A stretch of DNA of 63,864 nucleotides, the filler included, from Octopus bimaculoides (taxonomy: Eukaryota), in assembly GCF_001194135.2 (NCBI RefSeq). It is 5 parts of 4 records of this genome, joined end to end, with 100 filler letters (N's around TTAATTAATTAA, not from the genome) between each part and the next. Parts side by side here need not be neighbours in the genome. Positions count along the whole stretch, not along the records: positions 1 to 17,626 come from NC_068986.1; 4 more parts are not named here. One strand, 5' to 3'. The position numbers and the translations under genes were made by a program. The notes under the pieces are model-generated. The model was not told the origin of the DNA and ran no database searches. It was given only the letters and a program-made list of their open reading frames with translations. This document shows, piece after piece, positions 1-11,360 of the stretch. Within the stretch, counting starts at the first letter, position 1. Each line of letters starts with the position of its first letter.

Positions 1-31
1 AGGTCAGCAGTTTTCCCCTGCTGGTTTGGCA

Positions 32-73
32 TCTGCAGACTAGTTTCAGGGTGTTGCCCCTTGTCAATGCAGA
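32..73 (-). ncRNA. Decayed minimal type I hammerhead ribozyme (Penelope-type), probably inactive
   Basis: The minus strand reads tctgca-TTGACAA-gggg caaca ccct-GAAA-ctag-TC-tgcaga. This gives a 6-bp stem I, a stem II, GAAA, a palindromic stem III (ACTAGT) and a GUC cleavage triplet. The core CUGANGA is mutated at 2 positions. Confidence 0.7.
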
Positions 74-263
74 GCAGCCAAGCCCCAGCCAGGCGGCGCT
101 GCTGACTATCTGTTCGAAGGTTATTTATCTAATTTCAGTGGAATCTATCCACTGGTTTTCAGAAATAGAGTTATTAATATTTCTAAGTCTCTCTAAAGGA
201 GACTACGGCAGCGGTACTGGAAATTAATAGTTATCGCCAAGCCAACATGGCAGTCCCAAAATT

Positions 264-386
264 AGGACGAAAGCTGCCGTGAATTAGCTCCAAGAAGCCA
301 TCGCCTCTAGCTAGCTATGCGACACACGAAACCTGTGTCCTTTATAACCCTCGAACAGGGAGCTAAGTCACGGCAGCTTTCGTCCT
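264..386. repeat. 27-bp inverted repeat pair (264-290 / 360-386) in a structured terminal-repeat-like region
   Basis: aggacgaaagctgccgtgaattagctc versus the reverse complement of gagctaagtcacggcagctttcgtcct shows 1 mismatch. Confidence 0.85.
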
Positions 387-1735
387 TGAATTGAAATATT
401 ACGGCTTCTACTGTTGATTTATACTCACGCAGATGTAGAGTTTCAACAATGATTTAGTCATTAGTGAAGCTTCGATTGAAACATTAATTCCGTTGGTCAA
501 ATAAAAGTACACCCATTCATGCTTTATATAAATTCATTCAGGTTAAAAGTAACGTACACCGACTGCACTCAATAAGTCATCGGAAAATAAGCCAAACTTG
601 CAAATAGATTTATGCTACTAAGATTTCGTTTCTATTCAACTAATTAATCTACAACAGAATACCACCGGCGGGGTGTCAGGCTTATCATTAAGGCGTTGAA
701 TATGATTTCATAGCTAAACTTCTGGCTGTTTGCCGAAAAGGCGATGGATATAGTGATTCATTGCAAATAAATATAAATTGGAACCAAGTTACACACACTA
801 TTTGTTGTACATGTAGAAGGTAATAAGGTCAATAATAAATCTACGCACGGGTTCTATTTCACTTCTGTTATTATTATTAGCCAGCCAATTAACGAATGGA
901 CCAAGGAACTAGTCAATTTTTGAAATTAATTGTTCAGTCAATCAGTGACTTCTCTAGGTTTGTCAGAGTCCTTTCACAACCACATTAATGACATTCTCAT
1001 TCTTCTCCAGGCGTTTTGCATTATTTTTGCAAAACATTCATAATTTAAACACTTTCTATATATGAGTGATACAAAATTTGAGAGAAAAAAAGACAAGAAA
1101 ATTTATGGCACTCAAAATGTTCGGAAACTTTAGATGTTAAACAAGTTGAATGAATCAGCATGAATAAAGAACACGTATACAACACATCTCAGAATACATC
1201 ATGTCCTCACTGTAAATTTATTATAAGTAATTTAGTAAGGAGGCCAAAACATGGTAGTAACACACTCATATTCAGGACTTTACGTTGTCAAATAGGCTTT
1301 ATGCTGAAGTACTGTCACTACTTCTAACTGTTTTTTCTCCTTACGACATCAGTAACTGTGTGCGACTTTAAAACTATATATCCCAAGCAAGGCTAAGAGC
1401 TGCCACCTCTAGCCAACGGTTATCCTGTGCCGATGAAGTGAAATAACACTGATGTTCGGTTAAAATTTAGCCAATAAGGATTACCTTGATAATGTTGTGT
1501 TGACATAAATTTTCGAACATATTTTTATTAATTTTAATAATATTATGTATTTATCATTCGATGAGACACATCTGCACCGCCGGATGTTCCTGAACCAGCT
1601 TTTAAATGTCCCACCCGTGAGGGATCGATGCTAGATTTGTCGAAATAATTGTGGAGATTAATAATAAATTCTCGTGTATTCCACCTTCCGTCTTTCATTT
1701 AACATATATCTATATGTGTATATGAATATATGTAT

Positions 1736-1767
1736 ATGTGTGTCTGTGTTTGTGTGTGCGCGTGTGC

Positions 1768-1834
<67 letters not shown>

Positions 1835-1878
1835 TGTGTGTGTGTGTGTGCGTGCGTATGTATGTGTGTGCGTGTGTG
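1736..1878. repeat. (TG)n microsatellite
   Basis: Direct inspection; it explains ORF 1674..1928. Confidence 0.95.
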
Positions 1879-2087
1879 TTAATGCATTTGAAACAACTGT
1901 TGGATTTTTAAGGTGTCGTCTGAAATAAATATATGACTTTCATCGTGCATATTAATTGTTGTTAATGCTCTGAATTTCTTAAAATTCTACATGAGAATTG
2001 TTGGATGTACCTGCTATACACTTACTGGTATCTACTTGTTGGAAATTTAGCATTATTCCTTTATTCCTTTAACTTATTATATACATA

Positions 2088-3108
2088 AAGAGCCATGATC
2101 ACAAATTATGCAGACTGTACAAAAGTCTCACAGGTAATACAGAACCCTGAAGACGCTATGCACCTGCAATGTGAGCTGGATGTAATATACAAGTGTGCTG
2201 AAAAGAATAGCATGCAGTTTAATACTGAAAAGTTTCAAGCCTTGTGCTATCAGCATACAAAACTAAATGTAATACCCATTAATTAAACTGGACCCGGAGG
2301 GATTGCAATCCCAGAGGCATAGTCAGTGCGAGACCTGGGCATTTACATGAGTAATGATGCATCCTTTCATGTGCACGTTGTTAAATTGGCAATGAAATGC
2401 AGGCAACTGACTAGATGGATTCTTAGAACCTTTAGAGCAAGAGATCAGGAAACCATGATGGTCATCTGGAAGACACTTGTCCTATGCCACTTTGACTATT
2501 GCTCTCAGCTATGGTCACGAAACAGTGTCAAATTAATCTCAGAACTTGAGGCAATCTAACGAAGCTACACGAAGAAGATAGCCTCTATGCAGCATATAAG
2601 CTATTGGGAAAGACTCAAGAGATTAAGACTCTATTCCTTAGAGCATAAGCGAGAAAGACATGCCATAATATACATCTGGAAGATCCTCGAAGGACTTGTC
2701 CCAAACTTTGGTATCGAAAGTTACACAAATACGAGAACTGGGCGCCACTGCACAGTGCAAAAGACTCCAAATTTGCCATCAAGATGTAGGATAAGATACT
2801 GCAATAGCCTGGGCTTCAGAGGTCCACAGCTCTTCAATTTCTTCCCGAAGGACCTGAGAGACCTGCATGGGGTGGATGTAGGTATCTTCAAAATAAAGCT
2901 GGACCTCTTCCTGTCAAGTGTCCCAGATGAACCAACTTCACCAGCAGGAGGTGCAGATGAGAGAAGCTTCATCAAACTTTCTTATGCACCAAATGTCAAT
3001 TCTTGAAAAGCATTCGTGAAGTAAAATTATGTAGCAACACCAAACGGTGGTGCCCCGGCATGGCAACAGCTCATAAGCTGAAACTAGATAAAATGAAAAA
3101 AATGAAAA
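2088..3108 (+). mobile_element. 5'-truncated CR1-group LINE, RT C-terminus and 3' end (pseudogenised)
   Basis: The collinear ORFs 2095-2286, 2326-2559 and 2587-3006 give YAD(C)TK (decayed YADD), ..LQ.ELD....W/C...N.M.FN..K, RDLGI, FDYCSQLWS and YWERLKRLRLYSLE..RER..IIY.WKILEGL. These are typical CR1/L2-group motifs. Stops and frameshifts are present, and the element ends in an (ATGAAAA)-like tail. Confidence 0.85.
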
Positions 3109-5077
3109 TATATACATGTATATATTGTATGCATTATATTATTATATATTGTATGCATTATATTATTATATATTGTATGTATTAATATATGTATGTGTAT
3201 ACACACACACACACACGCATACATATATATGCTTCCTTCCTTATCTGTTCTCTGGCGGTCACAACGATTTTGACACTTTTCCATAGTATTGTTCTCACCA
3301 CTAGCCCTAAATAGCATTGTGGCTGTTAGAGAATGTTTTGGTTCTTTTGGCATGCTTAATTCCGTTTTTATCCATGCAGTCAGAATAGCAAACCGGGTGG
3401 TACCATACTAACGATGCAATATCTATCTTTTTTTACCGCCCGGTGTGGGTTTCTTCTTCGCTTTGATCATTGCTTTTCTGATACATGCCTTCTTCAAATC
3501 CTATCTGAAACTTTTGTTTTTATTCCATGTCATGTTTGCGTATCCCTGCTGTGATATTCTTCTTCATCCCTTCGTTTAATCTATTTACACTGCATTGCTC
3601 TCTCACCAATAAATTTTCTGGTCGGTCAAGTCTGGCCATTCAGTATTGTCATGGCGTGTCATCGCTATTGTTATTTGGTTTATGAATGCGAGAGCCTCCT
3701 TGAAATTTACTTGCATCTTCCAGTCATTAGCACCATTCAGGAATCCGAATTTTGACTTCAATCTGTTCACGCTTCTGTGGTGGTTATTAATACATTGCTG
3801 TCACATTATTGTTTTAGAGCAATTGAATGAAAATCCGATACTTAGCTGGGTCGCCAGGCTTATTTGAATTGGATGAAGCATATGTTACAAAAACAAGCTC
3901 CAACAATGTTTAAAGTTTGCACAAATGAATATCATTAATATTCTAGACACATGGTCTAATGTGAACAAGATATAGAAATATATTGTACACAACCGTTAGG
4001 AAGAATCAAAACCAGGTTAGTAAAATTTTTCCTTTATATAATCGTGATATGCTTCATTGTTCTTTTTCATGCACATTAACTTCCAAACCGCACTCTTTTC
4101 ATCGTATATTCCTCTTCATTAAGATGAAGATATTTCGTCACAATATTTCATTTGCCTTTGTTATTCTAGTAACACATTCAATTGTCCTTTATACATCTCT
4201 GTCTAGCATGTATGTCATCCATATCATTTGCAGGACAGTCTCTACCACACAAACAACTTTTTTCACGATCCACTTCTTTCCTGTCAATAATCTTGGTTGG
4301 AACAAATTTACGATGGGATCTGCCGAAACCTGCAACATCATGCGGCAGTGGGCTGTAGCTTCTTGAACTCTCCTACATGCAATTTTAAAGCTAACTAGAC
4401 TTTTTCAGTAGCAGTTTACGTCTCAGCTCATACAAAACATGATAGTATTTCAAGCCCGCCTCACAGAAACATACAAACAAATGGAAAAAATTATACATAC
4501 ACACGCAAATATATGTGTGTATATATATATATAGGAGTATTTGTGAGTATACATACAATCAATTTTGTGTACGTATTCATGTACGTATATATTATTATGT
4601 ATTACATATTTATTCATAATGTTTATTTGCACGGTTATGTTTATAGTCATCTATTAAAACTGATGTATACAAATACGCATTTGTTGAAAGAAATATGAGC
4701 GATAAGTGAACAACCGCAGCCTCTATACGCCTTGTAAATGGTTCGAACTACTTTAAAGCATAATGCAAAAGTAAAGATACACTTTTTTCTACTTTGGCCA
4801 TTATCCTCGTATGAGTTTCCGATGCCATTGAGATATTTACCGCACATTTCCATTAAGACAGAACTGTTACGGCAGCATTTATATATATACATGTATGTAT
4901 ACGTGCCTGTATGAGAAAGCATTTATCCGAAAAAATAATAACTATACACACTTCTTAATGGAGAAATGGAGAATAGTAAAACAAAATATAATAGAAGTCA
5001 TATGCAGAAGAACATATAAGAATTTTACGAAGTTATCTATTCCCTTTCACACAAATAAAAACACGCATACATATTAT

Positions 5078-5125
<48 letters not shown>

Positions 5126-5190
5126 CCATGCATGTATTTGTGTGTGTGTGTGTGTGTGTGGTTAAAATTAACATTGACATATGAGCATGA

Positions 5191-5379
5191 ATACCAGAAG
5201 GTAATTTTTTATCTCAAACCTAACGGGAAGGTTGTGTTAGAACACAAGAATATGCATTATTTATCTTGAGAGAACCTATTATATTGACCCGTGGTGCATA
5301 AAAGCACACTTATTTATATCGTTGAAAGGCGCGAACAATCTGCTACGGCCGCAGGAACTGCCAGGTCACGTGATCTCGC
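5191..5379. repeat. Unclassified interspersed repeat (copy 1 of 3; others at 21251-21446 and 21611-21796)
   Basis: Shared blocks in the same order: aaggtaat..ttatctc, ttgtgttagaacac, tggtgcata..agcac.ctt, cag.tcac.tgat. Confidence 0.7.
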
Positions 5380-5962
5380 TCTGCATTGCGCTCTCAGTGA
5401 CAGACATCTAGTAGTATAATAACAGCCAACGATATATATCCTCTGTCATATACACACATATATATACATATACACGTGCATAGATACACGAATAAAATAG
5501 TGTTTAACATTTTGGCCATTTGGAAGTTTGAAAGGATGTTACTGCATCTTGTTATTTTCTTTCTACATTCTTAAATATAGATTGTACTCGCGGGATTCAT
5601 GGCTTGTTGACATTTACCAGAAAACAATTGCAAAATTTTCTTTTTCTCTTTTGTCGACAAAGAGAAACAATAGCTAATTACTATTGAAATCAAATACCAA
5701 GCTAATTTGGATATCATGCATTTGGCAAAATCCCACACTTTAAGTTTAACAAAAGAAGCGAGGAAATCTTCAGTAATATAATTCTATGCGTAGGAACATG
5801 CGAGACAGACACAAATAGCATATGTTTGACTATAAATTGTAATCATTCATGGACGAGTTTAAATATTCCATATTTTGTTTATAAAAGCAAGTGTCAAACG
5901 TTATAACGTAAGTCAAAGCAAAGGTAACCTGGCGTTTTGTATTACCGTTTTCCCTTTTCTAT

Positions 5963-6091
<129 letters not shown>

Positions 6092-6568
6092 TGAAATTAT
6101 TTACACTGAAGTAAAGATAGGATTGATAAGAACATTTCACGGAAGGTTTACATTGTTCCAATTATTTTAAGTCTTTCCATTTTCTGATGTTTTACGTTAT
6201 TTTGTGTAGTTCTTTCAAGTGTATATGAACTAAATGAAACTCAGCAATGATTTTGGCGTTAATCCAGCTGACAGCAGATCAGTTTCACTGCCAAGTGGAA
6301 CGAAAGGTAGATATAATGAAAGAGAGAAATAAGAAGAGAACTGTGGAAAACAAGGAAAGAAGGAAAGAAATTCTCATCAACCAAGAATAATAAAATGTAA
6401 GGAATAAAGAAAGTCGATAATAAAGTAAATTCATTTCTAACAGGATAGATATAGGGGCTTGTTTCCTCAACTTTCAATAGCCCAACGACGATAATTTCTC
6501 TTCTCCCACGAAAGAACACTGACCTAATTTATTTATATCCATGTGTATGATGTATGTATATATGTTTG

Positions 6569-6616
<48 letters not shown>

Positions 6617-7065
6617 CACACACCCATACACACATACACACAAACACATACACACATATATATGAACCTATGCGTAGTAATGTTGCTCTATGCTGCGAAT
6701 GTTGTTTAATCTCAAATATTTACTAAGTTATTTCTAATGGTAAACAAAATAAACGTTAGTTATGCACACTTGTGTATGAAAAAATAAACAAGTATGTGTA
6801 TGTATTTGTGTCGGAATTTGTAATCGAATATGTTATGAGTAATCGGATATGCGTTGACATATGAAAACGAATCTCATTTTTCATCCCACCTTCGTTAATG
6901 GTATTGCTCCGAGCGGTTTCGAATCTAGATGGAGTCTTCTTCAGAGTCCATCTACCTTCTCAATGTGTCCACCGGTAGAGAAACAGAAATTACAGGTATC
7001 TATAATCAGACCATTTTATGATAGTGTTCAGTCTGTTATTCTGATTTGCATCAATTGCTCTTTTG

Positions 7066-7668
7066 TTGGCAGGTGACTTCCCTAAAATCCATGTGCTGTC
7101 CTACATTTATGAAAACCAGGTTGCCCAAAATGTGAGGGTCTTTGGGTGAGTCTCCAGTAAGGTGACGTCATGTCGCTTTACATCTTTGAACAGGTCCTTA
7201 GACTCAATTCAGACGGCTATGAGAAGCTACTGGAAAATGCTGTCAAACACTGGGTGGAAAGGGCTGCTGCTGGTAGGCCATACGTGAGAGGCAGCAATAT
7301 GTTCTTCCTTGCCATACATCCGGTAAGAATCAGAAATTGTTGTCAGAGAGGATTTCTTCCACTTCGTTAGTCCCAATTTCTCGCCTTTCAATTATCTCAA
7401 ATGTATTCCATGCATACTACCTGTGGTACACAATTGGGAAAGACACAAACCGCTCTGCTAGCAACACCGAAGGTGAGCTGGTGCCCAATATCAAGGATCA
7501 GTTCAAAGGTCTTCCCAGGGACATAGTGAGGGCTACATGTGCCAGATTCCATAGCCGTCTAGAGGTTGTGGTTGAAAATGGGCCAGCTATTTTAAGTAAA
7601 ATGTTGTTTACCAGTCATGATCTAGTTGATATAATTTATGCACACTGTCTCATTTAGCTCGAACATCC

Positions 7669-7669
<1 letters not shown>
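7066..7669 (+). mobile_element. Decayed DD37D/maT-type Tc1-mariner fragment (catalytic domain and 3' end)
   Basis: Translates with frameshifts to YIFEQVLRLNSDGYEKLL...HWVERAAAGRPYV and ..IVRATCARFHSRLEVVVENG. It is homologous to the element at 62657-63708. Confidence 0.8.
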
Positions 7670-7716
<47 letters not shown>

Positions 7717-8167
7717 NNNNNNNNNNATGTATGTATATGTATATATATACATATGCATATGAAGGTACAGGAAGTCACCAATATATATATATATATATAC
7801 ATATTGGGACTAATGGGTATATGTTAATTAGTATGTTGAAGTGTTGAGTAGACCACTGGCACAGTTTGGGCTACCTGGTGTTATCCACAGTCGGACTATA
7901 TTTTCGTTGGATCTACTTCAAGAATACTGCAGTGTTAGCTGAGATAATAATTATTGCTTAAGTAACGAGAAGATGGATTTTGTATTAATTTTTATTTTGT
8001 ACAACGGTCGTTTCGACCCATCCTTCTACTGTCCCTTATGGGTGGGCCTATTTCAAGATGTTGTATTGCAACAATTTTGCAGTGTCTGTCTCATCAGATA
8101 CATCTGTATATAAAAATTTGTATCTCGTTAAAGATCTCGAGTTTTGACTGTCATGTTATATGCCCGT

Positions 8168-8558
8168 GGAGGCGCAATGGCCCAGTGGTTAGGGCAGCGG
8201 ACTCGCGGTCATAGGATCGCGGTTTCGATTCCCAGACCGGACGTTGTGAGTGTTTATTGAGCGGAAACACCTAAAGCTCCACGAGGCTCCAGCAGGGGAT
8301 GGTGGCGAACCCTGCTGTACTCTTCCACCACAACTTTCTCTCACTTTTACTTCCTGTTTCTGTTGTGCCTGTAATTAAAAGGGTCAGCCTTGTCACACTG
8401 TGTCACACTGAATATCCCCGAGAACAACGTTAAGGGTACACTTGTCTGTGGAGTACTCAGCCCCTTGCACGTTAATTTCACGAACAGGCTGTTCCGTTGA
8501 TCGGATCAACTGGAACCCTCGACGTCGTAAGCAACGGTGTGCCAACAACAACGAAAAC
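8168..8558 (+). mobile_element. tRNA-derived SINE, family A, full length with TSD
   Basis: The head carries an A box (TGGCCCAGTGG) and a B box (GGTTTCGATTCC), and the tail is (CAA)n. The direct repeat gttatatgcccgt lies at 8155-8167 and 8559-8571. Near-identical copies are at 20902 and 52194. Confidence 0.92.
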
Positions 8559-8819
8559 GTTATATGCCCGTCTGGTTCGAGAATAAAGCATCACTACAAT
8601 ATTATATTGCTATAATCTGTTTTCAGTAAGAGTTGCAAACTCATGTAAATATAGACACATAATTGTCGATAAAAAAAAAGTTCGTTGGGGAAGTTAATGG
8701 ATGGATAGGGGTGGATTGAGTTACATTGGGTTTAAAACAGAGGAATGCTATTAGAAAAAGGAAGGGACAGGTATATATGCAGGCTATGATATTTAATGGG
8801 CGAAAGTTTGTGTTTGTGC

Positions 8820-8866
<47 letters not shown>

Positions 8867-9159
8867 TACATGTATCCCTGATCTAAGCCATCTAGCTAAA
8901 TAACCTTTCGCCCCCTGTATGATTTTCTTTCTTCTCTAGCTGTCTATTTCCCTCTCTTTCTTTCTGTCTTCTTTCCTCCCTTTCTCTCCCTCTTTCTTTC
9001 TCTCCTCCGTTTTCTCTCTCTTTGTCTCTCTTTCTTTCGTTCTCTCTTTCTTTCGTTCTCTCTTTCTTCGTTCTCTCTTTCTTTCGTTCTCTCTTTCTTT
9101 CGTTCTCTCTTTCTTTCCTTCACTAAAAGTACACACACACACACACATACACACACAGC

Positions 9160-9399
9160 TTTCCTAATCTTCTTCATAATTACAACAATACAGATTGGCT
9201 CTTTGAGCGGTCTATCCTGGCTCCAAAACATGTTGCAGTATATAGCATTAATAATATGCTTTTGTATAAGGTTCCGAGAGAAATATTCATTTATAACTCA
9301 ATTGACAGTATTGCTGATGATCAGGATAGTGTTAACTACGCCATCGAATTTTTGAACTTACTAGAACCACCAGGTACACTTCCTCAGTGTCTTATATAA
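9160..9399 (+). mobile_element. Helitron RepHel Pif1-like helicase fragment
   Basis: The stop-free frame reads FPNLLHNYNNTDWLFERSILAPKHVAVYSINNMLLYKVPREIFIYNSIDSIADDQDSVNYAIEFLNLLEPPGTLP. This matches the Helitron helicase pattern W..ERAILAP.N..V..IN...Y.S.D....YP.EFLNSL..PG.PPH. Confidence 0.85.
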
Positions 9400-10032
9400 T
9401 TGTCACAACTGTATTATATAATTGTCACTACTGTATTGATAAATAAAATAACACAAACTCACTAATTATTATCATGTAATAAACAAACAGAACTTCATGT
9501 ATAAAAATGATCTTACTTCTACTTGAGTTATTACATGTTTTCCTTTTCTAAAAATACACACATACAGGAGGAGTGAATTATATGATAAAACTTTTAATGT
9601 GGCTCCCGATAAAGAGTAAAAGTAATTACCCGATCAACCACAGGTTTTACTGCTAGTAATATATACAAAAGTTAAATTATTTTTACATATAACTTCGCAT
9701 GAGAAGAAGCATAAGTATATAAATGTATAAATTCAGTAAAGAATACAAACAGATATCAAAAATCTGGAAACTGGAAATATTCATTAATTCTTTTCCGGAA
9801 AATATCTTGAGCTAAATTTGAAAAGAATTGATTTTCATAATTAAGAAGAAAAATTATAGGATAGACAGTATACTGAACAGCCAGTGACATAACTCAAAGA
9901 GTACATTTGGAGCAGTAACAGAAAAGAATACCATTAATTTTTAGAAATTGAATTAATTATCTTGATTATTCTATCAGTAGATTATAACCTATAAATTATA
10001 ACCATTACGTTCCATAGATCTTAATTACTAAA

Positions 10033-10070
<38 letters not shown>

Positions 10071-10237
10071 GAAGATGATGATAAATCATAGTTATTTAGA
10101 TTAAATTAATTTCGCATTCAACATAAATGCCCAATTTGGTTACGACCCATTATATAAATTAACTGAAATCACATTTAGTCTTAGTAAAATCAATTTATCA
10201 CTCATTTCCAGTCTCAGATGATGATGATTATATTAAT

Positions 10238-10449
10238 GTTTTAGAATTTTGCCACAAGGACAACATTCTAGGGGAGGGTATGAATCATTTACATGGACCT
10301 CAGTGTTCTACTGGCAGTTATTTTATCGACCCCGAAAAGATGAAAGGTAAACTGGACCTCGGCGAAATTTGAACTCAGGACGCAGTGACGAGCAAAATAC
10401 CGCTAAGGATTTCGTCCAGCGTGCTAACGATTCTGCCAGCTCGTCGCCT

Positions 10450-10451
<2 letters not shown>
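10238..10451 (-). mobile_element. tRNA-derived SINE, family C
   Basis: The reverse complement starts aaggcgacgagctggcagaatcgttagcacgc and contains gagttcaaatttcgccgaggtc and cggggtcgataaaat. These are shared with copies at 25601, 43592, 53041, 54224 and 56092. Confidence 0.85.
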
Positions 10452-10518
<67 letters not shown>

Positions 10519-10822
10519 GAAGAAGAAGAAGAAGAAGAAGAAGAAAAAGAAAAAAGAAAAAGAAAAAGAAAAAGAAAACGAAAAGGAAAACGAAAAAGAA
10601 AAAGAAAACGAAGAAGAAGAAGAAAAAGACAACGAAAAAGAAAACGAAAAAGAAAACGAAAAAGAAAAAGAAAACGAAAACGAAGACTAAAACGAAAACG
10701 AAAAAGAAAACGAAAAAGAAAACGAAGAAGAAGAAGAAGAAGAAGAAGAAGAAGAAGAAGAAGAAGAAGAAGAAGAAGAAGAAGAAGAAGAACAAGATGA
10801 ACAAGATGAACAAGAAGAAGAA
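10452..10822. repeat. Compound (TAA)n-(GAA)n-(GAAAAA/GAAAAC)n-(GAA)n array
   Basis: Direct inspection; it explains the poly-I/E/KR ORFs. Confidence 0.95.
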
Positions 10823-10823
10823 G

Positions 10824-11267
10824 AAATCCTGTGGGATGAAATGATCCAGTGCGACCACCCAGCCAGACATCGGAAACCGGACATTGTTGTGGTGAATAAA
10901 AAAGAAAGAACATGTATGATAATCGACATAGCATGGTCCGGTGACAACAGGATCAATGTCAAAGAAGAAAAAATAAACAACTATGACGATTTGAAGTGGG
11001 AAATATGAAGGTTGTGATCAAAGAGCAGAGTAGATGTGATACCAAAGGTAATTGGTGCACTTGGAAGTATCAGCACTCAACTTCCAATATGGCTGAAAAA
11101 GATTGGCGCTAGTATGATGGTACAAAAATCAACATCGCTAGAAACTGCAAGAATTCTTCGCAGGGTTCTTTAAGCATGACTAGTAAACAAGTGTCACATT
11201 AGTCTGCTGGCTGTGAACAACTCACACTTTCCATCATACCCAACAAAATAAGCTGCGAGATTTCATA
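10824..11267 (+). mobile_element. R4/Dong-clade LINE 3' fragment (restriction-like endonuclease and 3'UTR) followed by (TAA)n
   Basis: Reads ILWDEMIQCDHPARHRKPDIVVVNKKERTCMIIDIA...VIGALG...TARILRRVL, the PD..D-type REL motif. Confidence 0.85.
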
Positions 11268-11284
11268 TAATAATAATAATAATG

Positions 11285-11356
<72 letters not shown>

Positions 11357-11360
<4 letters not shown>

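Noticed and set aside
3240-4460. Unique coding-like stretch, possibly a decayed transposase on the minus strand
   Set aside because: All frames are stop-riddled, and I found no diagnostic motif or TIR. It needs tBLASTx or HHpred.
8168-8240. SINE heads as functional tRNA genes
   Set aside because: They have A/B boxes but no complete cloverleaf, and they are followed by a SINE body, tail and TSD.
10369-10980. Long poly-I/E/KR/F/L/S ORFs
   Set aside because: They are translations of microsatellites. The same applies to the VC/HT/YI/LS ORFs throughout the window.
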